Positions 17,969 through 27,951 of a DNA stretch of 64,000 nucleotides are shown here, one piece after another. Origin of the DNA: Spirochaetia bacterium (GTDB lineage: Bacteria > Spirochaetota > Spirochaetia > DSM-2461); contig OY764216.1 of assembly GCA_963668315.1 (NCBI GenBank), positions 2,592,001 through 2,656,000 on the forward strand. The letters are read 5' to 3'. A model generated the notes under the pieces. The model searched no databases. It was not told the DNA's origin and saw only the letters and a list, made by a program, of their open reading frames with translations. A program made the position numbers and the translations under genes. Every line of letters begins with the position of its first letter. The stretch's first letter is position 1.

Positions 17969-20419
17969 TCAGGCCTCGCCTTTTTTATGGTTTCTTATCT
18001 TCTCAAGGATCTTTCCCAGTTTGGAATCAAAACTTTCCGAGACTTTCAGATCGGGATAGTTGTGGCTCATAGATTTGAGGAAGCCCAGGGAATTTTCCAG
18101 TTTTTCATCGTTTATTACCAGGTTTGAGCGGGTTCTCTGGCGCCTGTCGTACTGCTGGGCCACCTCCATGAGGCTTCTGTCGCCCTCCAGCTTCGACCGG
18201 ACGCATTCCAGTTTGAGGGGAACCTCATCCTGGATCATTTTCGCTTTTTTCTCTTCCGGCAGGTCATCGGTCAGGCTGTAGATGTAATCGAGCATACCGA
18301 TGACAGACTTCTTATCCAGCTTATCCGATTCCTTTTTCTCTTCGGGGAAAGCCTCTTCCCCATGCTCCTCTGGCAGAGCAGGCTCTTCCGGCACGGGAAG
18401 GGGAGGCGTCTCCTCTTCGGCCCCATTCTCTTCGGGGAGGACCTCAGGCTCTTCCTCCAGGGTATACTCCTGGAACTCCTCCTCTTCCTCCACGGCGGAA
18501 GGCTCTTCCGGGGCAGGCGGCAGATTCTGTACCGTAATATTCTGGGGAACGGGGATGATAATGGGCTGCTGACCGGCACCTCCCGGCTGGCTGGAAGCCC
18601 GGGATGCCTCTTCCTGGCGCCGGCGCTCCTCTTCCTGCATGACTTCCGTATAGATCTCGGAGAAATCTTCCGGGGAGTCCTCCAGATAGAGCACTTCCTC
18701 CTGTTCGTTTATGGTGATGACCGGGTCTATGGTCGTCATGTCCAGAAGGGACAGGGAGTCCTGCTCCACCAGGGAGCGGGAAGCAAAGGAGTCGGCCGTA
18801 ACAAGCTCGTCTCTGACGCCCTTGCGGGGAACGACGGGCATATTGTTCCTGACCCGCCTGACCAGCCTGTCCACCCGTTCTTCCCAGTTCTTTCTGTTCT
18901 CCCGGTACAGGTCCTCGGCGGTACTCTCGTAGATCTCCAGAACCTCTTTCATCCTGTCCAGATCATCGGAAGTACCCCGTTCCCCGTGAATATTCATCAG
19001 CTGGTCGAGGCGGGCCATGGCCTCCATCTTTCTGTCCGTCTCCCGGTAGAGCTTGACCATCTCACCGAGACGTTCAGGATTATCCGGTTCCTCGCCGTCC
19101 AGCTGCTCCATCAGTTCCAGGGCTTCCTCCGGCTTCCCCCGGCTGTCCAGTACCCGGGAAAGGGATTCTCTTGCCCTGAGACTGTCGGGATGAAAGCTGT
19201 GGAGGTCCCTCAGGAGTTTTTCCGCCTCTTCGTCGTTATTGTTCTTCCGGTAGGCATCGGTGATGCGGAGGACCGCGTCTTCGTCTTCAAAAAGCTCCGT
19301 ACCGACCCGCTTGAGCTGATTGGCAGCCTTGGTTTCATCCCCCTGTCTCAGATAGAGTTCCGCCAGGTTTTTCCGGGCCTGTCTGTTCTCCGGATCCCGC
19401 TGAATGATATGCTTGAAGGTCTGTTCCCCTTCGTTAAGCTGATTGAGTCGGATCAAGGTCTCGCCCAGTTCGTTTCTGATCTCCATATCAAAGGGGTAGA
19501 CGGTGACCATCCGGTTCAGCTCTTTCAGGGATTCGGTGAAATTCTTCTGCGATTTGTAAACCCGGTTCAGGTTAAGGGATGCTTTCTTGTAATCCCTGTC
19601 CAGCTTCAGGGCCGAATCGTATGCCCTCTCCGCCTCTTCAAGCTGTCCCAGCCGAGACTGGACGACTCCCATGTTGTTGAAGATGGCCGGATTGGTATCA
19701 TCCTTCTCCAGGATGGAGTAGAAGAGGGTTTTGGCTTCTTCCAGACGATTCTGCTCCTGCAGGGTAATGGCCAGGTTGTTCTGGCAGTCCGTCCAGCCGG
19801 GCCGCTTTTTCAGGGCTTCCCTGAAGCAGCGCTCCGCCTCTTCCCATCTCTCCTCCTGCTGGTTGAGCACTCCCAGATTATAGAGCAGTGAGCTGTTAGA
19901 CGGATCGAAGGTCAGCCCTTCCTCATAGGTCTGCCGGGCCAGATCTCTCTCGTCCCGGGCTTCATAAATGGCCCCCAGGTTATTATAGGCCTGCAGGTAG
20001 TCGGGCTTGAGGGATAGGACGGTTTTGTATGCCTCTATGGCCATGACGCCGTTTCCCATGCTCTTATGGAGATTGCCCAGGTTGTAATGGACGTCGGGGC
20101 TGTCCTGGTCAAGGTTCAGGGCTTTTTCCAGTGAAGCCGCCGCCTTCTCGAACCGTCCCAGCTTTCGGTAGATAAGGCCCAGATTGTTATAGGCTTCGGT
20201 GCAGCGGGGATTCAGATTGGTGACAAGACGGAAGGAGGCAATCGCATCACGGTTTTTCCCTTCCATGGTATAGACATTGCCCATGAGCATATGGAAACGG
20301 AAGTCGTCGGAGAAGTCCTCCTTGAGAGAATCGCCCATCTGCTCGGCCTTTTCGTAATCCTTGAGCATGAAGAGTTTGAGAAGTCTCGCATATTTATTCT
20401 GCCGGTCCCTGCTGTTCAT
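17969..20419 (-). CDS. Tetratricopeptide repeat protein with acidic Pro/Glu-rich linker
   Basis: Many AYNNLG/YNLG TPR units; EEP-rich low-complexity region. Confidence 0.85.
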   Translation of the reverse strand: MNSRDRQNKYARLLKLFMLKDYEKAEQMGDSLKEDFSDDFRFHMLMGNVYTMEGKNRDAIASFRLVTNLNPRCTEAYNNLGLIYRKLGRFEKAAASLEKALNLDQDSPDVHYNLGNLHKSMGNGVMAIEAYKTVLSLKPDYLQAYNNLGAIYEARDERDLARQTYEEGLTFDPSNSSLLYNLGVLNQQEERWEEAERCFREALKKRPGWTDCQNNLAITLQEQNRLEEAKTLFYSILEKDDTNPAIFNNMGVVQSRLGQLEEAERAYDSALKLDRDYKKASLNLNRVYKSQKNFTESLKELNRMVTVYPFDMEIRNELGETLIRLNQLNEGEQTFKHIIQRDPENRQARKNLAELYLRQGDETKAANQLKRVGTELFEDEDAVLRITDAYRKNNNDEEAEKLLRDLHSFHPDSLRARESLSRVLDSRGKPEEALELMEQLDGEEPDNPERLGEMVKLYRETDRKMEAMARLDQLMNIHGERGTSDDLDRMKEVLEIYESTAEDLYRENRKNWEERVDRLVRRVRNNMPVVPRKGVRDELVTADSFASRSLVEQDSLSLLDMTTIDPVITINEQEEVLYLEDSPEDFSEIYTEVMQEEERRRQEEASRASSQPGGAGQQPIIIPVPQNITVQNLPPAPEEPSAVEEEEEFQEYTLEEEPEVLPEENGAEEETPPLPVPEEPALPEEHGEEAFPEEKKESDKLDKKSVIGMLDYIYSLTDDLPEEKKAKMIQDEVPLKLECVRSKLEGDRSLMEVAQQYDRRQRTRSNLVINDEKLENSLGFLKSMSHNYPDLKVSESFDSKLGKILEKIRNHKKGEA

Positions 20420-20431
20420 AACGTCCAGACC

Positions 20432-21913
20432 TTAAGGCCTTACGGATACCTCCTGGGAGAAGGAACTGTACTGGGCCGGGTCGGAATCGCTGTAGGCTAC
20501 CAGGGAAAAATACCAGCGTTTTTTCGGTTCCAGTCCGGTCATAGTATAGTGCCTTTCCCCGGGGCCGACAAGAATGGGGCTTCCCGGTCCGAAGTAGTGG
20601 CCCGGTCTGTCTCCGTAGTAGATCTGGAATCCTCCCATCCCCTCGGTTTTCCAGTAATCCCAGCTCAGGGTGACTTCTCCGTTTTCCGCGGACACGGCGA
20701 TGTTCAGAGGGGGGACGGGGGGAAGCTCCGGCTGATAGCTGATGCGGAATTCCGATACGGACGGTGTCTGGGAGGCGCCGAGATCCGGGTAGAGCAGGGC
20801 GCCGATAAGGAGATAGCGTCCCCGGGACTCCTCCATTTCTCTGCCCGAATCAAAGGGCTGCCATCCCTCCTTTTCAAAGGAAAAATCGGAGCGGGAGAAT
20901 TCGCGGCGGAGTTTCTCCAGTTCCTCCTTTCTGTCGGAAAAGGCGTAGTAGTAGTAAAGGGAACTGTTGCCGGGTATCCGGTCGACCGCTTCAATCGATT
21001 CGAGCCGGGAATCCTGGTAGGACAGGTCGATTATGGGGGAGAGAAATTCCCCCCGGTCTTCGTAGTCGTCCAGAAGGGGATTCTCCACGTAGGAACTGCT
21101 CAGACGGACTTCATCTATGAAGCCGGTGAATTCCGGGCCCAGGGTGAGGGGGGTCGGTTCGGCCTGGTTCATCAGAGGCTGGAAAATCCGGTTATCCTCA
21201 CGTTCGGAAGGTGTCGTGTAGGTCATGGCCGAGGGAATTCCGTCGATCAGGTACTCCAGCAGGCCCGTATTGCTGTCAAAGCGAACCAGGTGATGATTCC
21301 AGCGCCGGGGAACAAGGGCGTCGCCCGTCAGGGTGAACGTGGTGAGGCGCGTATCATGGCCGGCGAAAATATTGCGGAATGTCCAGACGAGTCTTCTGCG
21401 GGAGACCTGGCAGGTTATCTCCTGGGGAATCAGTTCTTTTTCCAGCCTGTAGAGCCCCTTCCAGTGGAAGACCACTTCCCCCTCTCTGAGGAGGGCAGGA
21501 TAGAGCTGGAACTCCAGACTGAAGTCGATCCACTCCGCATGCCCCGAAAAGAGGGAATTCTCGCCGGGGAGAATGACAAGGGGGGAGCCCTCTTTGAGAA
21601 CGGCGGCGCTTTTGCCGCGGCGGTACTCGTATTCGGTAAGGACGGGAGGAGACTGGAGGGTGTAGTTCCCCGTTTCGTCGAAGAGGCCGTTCTCATCGAA
21701 GGGAAGAAGCAGGTCGGTACCGGCATCGGGGCGGTAGACCGAACCCATGACGTTCAGGTCCATATGGCCTTCCCAGCCCTTTTTCAGAAGAATATTCTTC
21801 ATGGACGATTCGGCCCAGTTGTCCTCTCTTCCCAGGATAATTGTATCCTGAGCCGCCAGGAGGGGAGGGAGAAGAGCGAAAAGTATAAGGAAAAGGCTTG
21901 GTTTTTTTCTCAT
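20432..21913 (-). CDS. Exported LamG-like jelly-roll plus fibronectin type III protein
   Basis: Signal peptide; WNHHLVRFD...FTGFIDEVRLS (LamG); VTLSW...GFQIYYG...TGLEPKKRWYFSLVAY (FN3). Confidence 0.7.
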   Translation of the reverse strand: MRKKPSLFLILFALLPPLLAAQDTIILGREDNWAESSMKNILLKKGWEGHMDLNVMGSVYRPDAGTDLLLPFDENGLFDETGNYTLQSPPVLTEYEYRRGKSAAVLKEGSPLVILPGENSLFSGHAEWIDFSLEFQLYPALLREGEVVFHWKGLYRLEKELIPQEITCQVSRRRLVWTFRNIFAGHDTRLTTFTLTGDALVPRRWNHHLVRFDSNTGLLEYLIDGIPSAMTYTTPSEREDNRIFQPLMNQAEPTPLTLGPEFTGFIDEVRLSSSYVENPLLDDYEDRGEFLSPIIDLSYQDSRLESIEAVDRIPGNSSLYYYYAFSDRKEELEKLRREFSRSDFSFEKEGWQPFDSGREMEESRGRYLLIGALLYPDLGASQTPSVSEFRISYQPELPPVPPLNIAVSAENGEVTLSWDYWKTEGMGGFQIYYGDRPGHYFGPGSPILVGPGERHYTMTGLEPKKRWYFSLVAYSDSDPAQYSSFSQEVSVRP

Positions 21914-21938
21914 GGTTCTGTACATTGAGTATCGGTAT

Positions 21939-23750
21939 ATGTCAGGACAAAATAAAGATGAACTGAAAGAAAAGGTAAGAAACTTCCCTCTGACTCCCGG
22001 TGTTTACATTATGAAAAACAGCCGGAAGGAGGTCATATATGTGGGAAAGGCCAAGAAACTGAGGAACCGGGTTTCCTCCTATTTCAACGGTAAGAAAGAG
22101 GGGAAGACCGCCCTCCTTGTCTCCCGAATCGCCACAATTGAGTACGTGGAGACGGATAACGAGTTCGAAGCTCTCCTTCTGGAGAACAATTTTATCAAGA
22201 AGTGGACCCCCCGGTACAACATTCTGCTCAAGGACGGCAAAAGCTATCCGGCCATCCGCATCACCAATGAGGATTTTCCCCGGGTTTTCCGGACCCGTCA
22301 TATTATCAACGACGGCTCCCGCTATTTCGGCCCCTTTCCCGACGGCATGGGCGCCGTGAAGTATATGGATCTCATCAACAGCCTCTTTCCCATCCGCCGC
22401 TGCCAGAAACTCAAGCCCCGGGAGAATCCCTGTCTCTACTACCATATAGGCAAGTGTTCCGGTCCCTGCTGCGGCAAGATCAGCAAGGAGGACTACGGGA
22501 AACATATCCGCAAGATCGCCAGCTTGCTGTCGGGCAAGACGGTGATGCTCGTCCAGGAGCTGGAGAAGGAGATGAGAACGGCCAGCGAGAGTCTCCAGTT
22601 CGAGGAGGCCGCCCGGCTGCGTGATCTCATCCGGTCGGTGGAGCTCCTGCAGTACGACCAGTCGGTGGTGGATTTCGACAGGAAGGTCAGGGACTACCTT
22701 GTCACCCTTTCATCGGGTAATACCCAGGTGTTCGTGGTCTACCAGCTCCGGGACGGCAAAGCCACGGGACGGGATGTTTACACCACCTCCTTTCTGGGTG
22801 ATGACGACGAGGCCCTGCTGGATTTTATCGTGCAGTACTACTCCGTGGAGAACAGGGAGCTGCCCGAGACCCTCTTTACCGAAGGGGGAGACCGGGAGAT
22901 GGCGGAAAACTTCTTCAGCCAGCGGCTGAACAAGCAGGTGCGCGTCAGGGAAGCCCGTTCCAAAAGAGATATTTCCATCATGAATATGGCCCGGGAGAAC
23001 GGTCTCAGCGAGCTGGATAAGAAATTACGCAAGGAAGGAGACCTTTCGGCTTTGAAGGAACTCAAAACGGCCCTGTCCCTCAAAAAAATACCCCGTCGCA
23101 TCGAGGGTTTCGATATCGCCCAGCTCCACGGCAAATATACGGTGGCCTCCCTTATCTCCTTCAAGGACGGGAATCCGGATCGGAAAAACTACCGCCATTT
23201 TACCATGGAGAGCCTGGCCCCCGGGGAGATAGACGATTTCAAGTCGATCTCCGAAGCGGTGGCCCGCCGTTACAGCCGCCTTCTAAACGAGGACGGGGAG
23301 ATGCCCGACCTGGTCATGATCGACGGCGGAAAAGGGCAGGTGAGCGCCGCCTGGTCGGTCCTTACCGCCCTGGGCCTTGATAAGCGCATCGCCCTGTGCG
23401 GCCTGGCCAAGAGGGAAGAGCTGATCTACCTGCCCGGGGAGAGCGAACCGGTGGATCTTCCCGAAGGGGATCCGGCCCTCCGCGTCCTGCAGCAGGTGAG
23501 GGACGAGACCCACCGCTTCGCCACCTCCCATAACCAGAAGCTCCGCCAGAAGGAACTGCGCCTCTCCTCTCTGGAGAAGGTGCCCGGCATAGGGGAGAAG
23601 CGGAGCCGTAAGCTGATGCAGACCTTCGGCTCCCTGGATCTGATGGCGGCGGCGACGGCGGAAGAACTGGCGGCGGCCGCCGGGGTCAGCCTGGAAACGG
23701 CCCAGACGCTTAAGGCCTATCTGGTTTCCCGGACGTCTGTCATCAACTAA
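21939..23750 (+). CDS. uvrC: Excinuclease ABC subunit C
   Basis: GIY-YIG PGVYIMK..IYVGKAKKLRNRVSSYF, RIEGFDI, IDGGKGQ, RDETHRFA, HhH. Confidence 0.97.
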   Translation: MSGQNKDELKEKVRNFPLTPGVYIMKNSRKEVIYVGKAKKLRNRVSSYFNGKKEGKTALLVSRIATIEYVETDNEFEALLLENNFIKKWTPRYNILLKDGKSYPAIRITNEDFPRVFRTRHIINDGSRYFGPFPDGMGAVKYMDLINSLFPIRRCQKLKPRENPCLYYHIGKCSGPCCGKISKEDYGKHIRKIASLLSGKTVMLVQELEKEMRTASESLQFEEAARLRDLIRSVELLQYDQSVVDFDRKVRDYLVTLSSGNTQVFVVYQLRDGKATGRDVYTTSFLGDDDEALLDFIVQYYSVENRELPETLFTEGGDREMAENFFSQRLNKQVRVREARSKRDISIMNMARENGLSELDKKLRKEGDLSALKELKTALSLKKIPRRIEGFDIAQLHGKYTVASLISFKDGNPDRKNYRHFTMESLAPGEIDDFKSISEAVARRYSRLLNEDGEMPDLVMIDGGKGQVSAAWSVLTALGLDKRIALCGLAKREELIYLPGESEPVDLPEGDPALRVLQQVRDETHRFATSHNQKLRQKELRLSSLEKVPGIGEKRSRKLMQTFGSLDLMAAATAEELAAAAGVSLETAQTLKAYLVSRTSVIN

Positions 23751-23825
23751 TCCATGAAGCGCATGACCGGCCGGACCCGGCAGGCTTTGCTGCGATCTGT
23801 ATAACCGCCGCCATCGGGATAAAAT

Positions 23826-24165
23826 CTAATGACTACCTAAATTACCTCCGGAGCCAATCGGTTCGCTGGAAGTCCAGTAGAAATCACGTGTATCGAAATT
23901 TCCGATATGCCTGTCCTGCAGCCTATCATCCATATTCAGGCTATCTCCGTCCACAGAGCGGTGAGCGTTATCTCCCCATCGGGCAGAGTGAACGAATCCC
24001 GGGCCGATAGACTGAGGAATTATAAGACCGGCCTTCAAAGAGGGAACCCTCCTTTTCGGGAACGGTTGAACTTATCTCATAGTTGTCTCCGGCGAGTAGC
24101 TAAAGGAGTAAAACGGACAGGAATCACTCAGTATAAAGTGACGAGATCCTTGCCTGAGTGACGAA
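23826..24165. ncRNA. Unexplained structured non-coding segment (candidate ncRNA or mobile-element end); strand and limits uncertain
   Basis: Long intergenic region between convergent genes containing multiple hairpins and no credible ORF. Confidence 0.4.
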
Positions 24166-24199
24166 ATAATGAACTCTATATGACAATCGTAAGGGGGGG

Positions 24200-25195
24200 C
24201 TATTTCTCGAAATAATCGATGAAATCGCCAATCCCGTCGGCCAGGGCATGGGCGTAGGTATCGAGGAACTCCTCGTCCTGAAGGAGGGGAACGTCCTGGT
24301 CATTGGACACGAAGGCCAGCTCGGCCAGGGCGGAAACCATGTTCTTGTTGCGCAGGACGTACCACAGTTCCCTTTTGAGCCCCCGGTTGGGGAAGCTGTC
24401 GGGAAAAGCTCCGTCCACCCGGCTTAAGAGAAAACGGGCGAAGTTGTAGCACTCCCTCGTGAATATCCCTTCCCACAGGGAATTCAGCACCTGCTTGACT
24501 TCTCCCGATTCCCCCTCTTCCACGAGTTCCCGTTCCACATTGTCCGGCAGGTACCAGACCTCAAAGCCCCGGGCCTCCTTATTCATGGAGGCGTTGGAGT
24601 GAAGGGAGAGAAAGATCATCCCCTCCTGGGGGGAAAAATCATAGGATTCGGCTATGGCCACCCGGTCTTTCAGGGTGGGGAAGGTATCGTCCCGGCGGGT
24701 AAGGGCTATGGTTTTGTCAGGATATTTCTCCTTGAGAATGGCTTCCAGGCGCAGGGCCATATCCAGATTGACGTTTTTCTCCTTGAGGTAGGTCTCCTGG
24801 CCGTCCACAATCGTCTGGCGGTAGGCCCCCCAGTCCTTTCCCCCGTGACCGGGATCCAGCAGGATCACGCTGACCTCATAGCTTTTCTCCTGCCTCCGGG
24901 AGGTGAAAAAATCATAGATACGCCGGGCCGTCTCATCGGTGAAGGTCACCACCCCATTTTCATACCGGGCGGGGTCGGCGGGAACGGTCTGATTGTAGTT
25001 CAGTATGAGGGAAGGGGCATCGGTGGAGAAAACCACCCTGTCATCTCCCCGGCGGAGGATCCCCAGGGACAGTTCGCTGTCCCAGACAAGCCGGGTGCCC
25101 GTCTCTTCCATCAGGGCATTAAGGGTGACGTTTCCGAAAAGAGGAGCCGAGAAGGTCAGAATCAGTATTAGTAAGGGGAATACCTTATTGCCCAT
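24200..25195 (-). CDS. N-acetylmuramoyl-L-alanine amidase (Amidase_3)
   Basis: ILLDPGHGGKD, EKNVNL, LTRRDD, FLSLHSNAS, ELAFVSN; signal peptide. Confidence 0.92.
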   Translation of the reverse strand: MGNKVFPLLILILTFSAPLFGNVTLNALMEETGTRLVWDSELSLGILRRGDDRVVFSTDAPSLILNYNQTVPADPARYENGVVTFTDETARRIYDFFTSRRQEKSYEVSVILLDPGHGGKDWGAYRQTIVDGQETYLKEKNVNLDMALRLEAILKEKYPDKTIALTRRDDTFPTLKDRVAIAESYDFSPQEGMIFLSLHSNASMNKEARGFEVWYLPDNVERELVEEGESGEVKQVLNSLWEGIFTRECYNFARFLLSRVDGAFPDSFPNRGLKRELWYVLRNKNMVSALAELAFVSNDQDVPLLQDEEFLDTYAHALADGIGDFIDYFEK

Positions 25196-25206
25196 AGGCG
25201 TATATT

Positions 25207-26085
25207 TTACACGGGCTCTGCGGGCTTGTTCAATAGTGATGTCCCCTTGAGATTCGTGTTCTCAATTTTTTCCATGTAGGCCAGAATCTTCTTCTCCTGC
25301 TCCTCCGGGTAAGAGTAGCCCAGCCCTCTCGCCACATCCCGGGCCAGGCGGGAAAAAAGGGCCGCCATGGCATGGACTGAAAGACTGTTGTCTTTCGGAT
25401 CTGACCCGGAGAATGTCCTTTCACAGAGAGACCAGATTTCCCCGGGGAGACTGGCTTTGATCCAGCGTCCGTATTTGTTCGTGTCCAGCTGCCAGCCATG
25501 GTTCATGGCAGCGTACCATTCGAGCATGGGCATGAGGCAGTTGAAGCGGATAACCCTGTCCCTCATGTAACTTGCCCAGAAGAGCTCGTCCCTCTTCAGG
25601 GCTTTGGGGATATAGAGAATATCCCAGAGAAAGGAGTTTACCCGGTCCAGAAATTCCTCTTCCGTCGGTCTGGCTATGAAGAGCCGCTCCCGCCGGGCAG
25701 GCGGCATCCCGTTCCCCAGGCCGTCCTTGTCTATGAGGATTTCATACCCCGCGTCGAAACTGTCATGGTAGGCCAGAGGACGGGTCGTTATCTGAAAATC
25801 GATGCGTGTACCCTCCTCATACTGGACGAGCCTTGTCAGCCATTCCGAAGAAGAGTCAGGCTGCGCCGTAAGGGGCCAGCGGACCAGGACGGCTCCGAAG
25901 CGTTCGAGCCAGCTGTCACTGCCGGAAAAAGGGGAGATATCCCTCACATAGAGTTCCAGATCGAAGTCGGAGAGAACATCGGCTGTGCCGTCATGGCGGG
26001 CCCGGGAGCTTGTCAGTACGGCGGCCCGGACATTCCCGTCTGCACCGCACCAATTGATAAGGGCCTGGAAAATTTCTGAATCCAT
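25207..26085 (-). CDS. Aminoglycoside 6-adenylyltransferase (AadK/ANT(6))-family protein
   Basis: VRAAVLTSSRA, DVLSDFDLELYV, RIDF, LIDKDG, PTEEEF, KALKRDEL. Confidence 0.8.
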   Translation of the reverse strand: MDSEIFQALINWCGADGNVRAAVLTSSRARHDGTADVLSDFDLELYVRDISPFSGSDSWLERFGAVLVRWPLTAQPDSSSEWLTRLVQYEEGTRIDFQITTRPLAYHDSFDAGYEILIDKDGLGNGMPPARRERLFIARPTEEEFLDRVNSFLWDILYIPKALKRDELFWASYMRDRVIRFNCLMPMLEWYAAMNHGWQLDTNKYGRWIKASLPGEIWSLCERTFSGSDPKDNSLSVHAMAALFSRLARDVARGLGYSYPEEQEKKILAYMEKIENTNLKGTSLLNKPAEPV

Positions 26086-26101
26086 AAAGCTATTATAGCA
26101 T

Positions 26102-26132
26102 AAAAAAGCGGCCCCTCCGCTGGAAGGACCGC
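26102..26132 (-). terminator. Intrinsic terminator after the porin-like gene
   Basis: Minus strand GCGGTCCTTCC-AGC-GGAGGGGCCGC-TTTTTT. Confidence 0.75.
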
Positions 26133-26167
26133 CTATAAATCAGTTAAATAATGTTCAGCCTGTAAGA

Positions 26168-26980
26168 CTAGAGGGAAAAGTCATACTCGAAGTTGAGATT
26201 GAATGCCCAGTTCTCTTCATCAGCACCGGCAATATAGTACTCGAAGGAGGGGCAGAAGTCGATGGCAAGGGGAGTATAGTCGATCTGAACGCCGATATAG
26301 TCGGTGTTTTCGCTGTCATTGTCAAATGTTTCATAGTAGACACCGGGGGTGACGCCGTCGGCAATCGTGTAATCCGCTTCAACATAGATGTCCGATTTTT
26401 CAGAATCCATGACGTAAGCGATTTCACCGCAGGCGTAGAAGACTCCCAGCTCGAATTCCACTCCGGCTGCTGCCGCGTTGTTGGTATCTTCGCCCAGGTC
26501 GAAAAGACCGGAAACGTTCAGGGTGAGAGCTTCCACGGGGGATACGTAAAGGACGGGCTGAATCTCGAAATTGTCGTCCGTACCGTTTACCACATCGATT
26601 TCATAGCTGATCATGTCAATGCCGCCGTAAATCTCGACGCCCCATTTTTCCGTACCGCCGGCGTTAACGGGAGCCCAGGCTGTTCCGAATTTACCGGCTT
26701 TAAAACCGAAGGGTTCGCTGATATCCCAGGCGAAGAACATCTCTTCGATGTTGTTCTCGGTTCCTGTGTCTTTGAACTCAAGCTCCATCTCGTAGTAGAT
26801 GTCGTCCTGTGTGGAGCTGAAAACAATATCTCCGTCTCCGATGCCGAAAGCACCCATGTCCGAATCCTGATCAAAGGCGTAATTCATCTGGGCGCTGACA
26901 TCCAGACCATCGGCAAAAACATTGGTGGAAACTACCATCAATACAACCGCACAAATTGCTAATCTTCTCAAAACTTTCAT
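26168..26980 (-). CDS. Putative outer-membrane beta-barrel / porin
   Basis: Signal peptide (VFA), alternating beta strands, acidic composition, C-terminus FNLNFEYDFSL; AGGAG RBS. Confidence 0.6.
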   Translation of the reverse strand: MKVLRRLAICAVVLMVVSTNVFADGLDVSAQMNYAFDQDSDMGAFGIGDGDIVFSSTQDDIYYEMELEFKDTGTENNIEEMFFAWDISEPFGFKAGKFGTAWAPVNAGGTEKWGVEIYGGIDMISYEIDVVNGTDDNFEIQPVLYVSPVEALTLNVSGLFDLGEDTNNAAAAGVEFELGVFYACGEIAYVMDSEKSDIYVEADYTIADGVTPGVYYETFDNDSENTDYIGVQIDYTPLAIDFCPSFEYYIAGADEENWAFNLNFEYDFSL

Positions 26981-27243
26981 TTAGGTCTCTCCTATGAAAT
27001 ATATTGGGCTGATACAGATAAACTGTACCTGTTTGAAGTCTACCCGAGCTGTCTTGGCTTTTAATGATGATAAACTGAAGAAAAAGTAAGGAGAGAACGG
27101 GGAGAGTTACCTAAAGAACAGATTAAACACAGATAGAGGTGTCCGGTGGTGAAATCCGCCTGGAAGGTGGGAAAAAAATGCTTCCTGTGCAGAATATGCA
27201 TAGGAACGATAACCGAAAAACGGGGTCTCCGCCCTTTAAAAGA

Positions 27244-27258
27244 TGGCACGGTATTTGT
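27244..27258 (+). promoter_or_regulatory. Possible sigma-54 -24/-12 promoter
   Basis: TGGCACG-GTAT-TTGT (consensus TGGCACG-N4-TTGC, one mismatch), 12 nt before the ATG at 27271. Confidence 0.35.
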
Positions 27259-27270
27259 AACTCTTCTGCT

Positions 27271-27951
27271 ATGAACAACACCATATACCTTAATACATCA
27301 AGTCCGGTACTTGAGATGGAGCTGACCGCTTCTCTGGAAGATTTCCAGGTTCAGACCTTCTCCCTCAGAGACGATGAAATGAAGATCCTCGCCTGTCCGT
27401 CTCCCCGTCTCTGGATTGTTGAGATAAACCCCAGAAATCTGCGCGGACTCCTCTTTGTCAAAAATCTCATTGAGGAGCGGGGGGAGCCGGTCATCGTCCT
27501 TTCCTGGGAAAACTCCGGACCGGTTCGGGAGGAGTGCTACCTCATGGGAGTCGACGATTTTGTGGAACAGCCCTGGTATCCCCGGGTCATAGCCATGCGT
27601 GTCAGGGCCGTCCTGGGGAGACGTCATGCCGCCGAAGGGGAAAAAGACGAAATCCAGTGGTTCTACGAGGGAACGGAATTCGCCCTGGACAAGGATAAGC
27701 ACCGGCTGAGGGTGAACGGGGAAAATGTCGAACTTACCCCCAGCCAGTGGAATCTCTTCAGTACCCTCGCCGTCCACGGCAATCGGGCGGTCAGCCGGGA
27801 ATATCTTCTGAACGAATGCCTCGCCCAGGGAAACCGGAAGACCCGGACCCTGGATAACCATATGAAAAACCTGAGGCAGAGCATCGGATCCTCGGAGCTG
27901 ATCGAGACGGTCCGCGGTTACGGATACCGGCTCAGGGGAGAAGCCAGTTAA
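27271..27951 (+). CDS. OmpR/PhoB-family regulator with atypical (pseudo) receiver
   Basis: wHTH RTLDNHMKNLR..IETVRGYGY. Receiver has LWIVE (Asp->Glu) and DDFVEQP (Lys->Gln). Confidence 0.8.
   Translation: MNNTIYLNTSSPVLEMELTASLEDFQVQTFSLRDDEMKILACPSPRLWIVEINPRNLRGLLFVKNLIEERGEPVIVLSWENSGPVREECYLMGVDDFVEQPWYPRVIAMRVRAVLGRRHAAEGEKDEIQWFYEGTEFALDKDKHRLRVNGENVELTPSQWNLFSTLAVHGNRAVSREYLLNECLAQGNRKTRTLDNHMKNLRQSIGSSELIETVRGYGYRLRGEAS

Noticed and set aside
18330..18640. Repetitive CTCTTC-rich tract as a DNA repeat array
   Set aside because: It encodes the Glu/Pro-rich linker of the TPR protein and has no repeat-spacer structure.
23826..24161. Small ORFs 23826-24038 (-) and 23907-24161 (+)
   Set aside because: No convincing RBS or motifs; the region is better explained as structured non-coding sequence.
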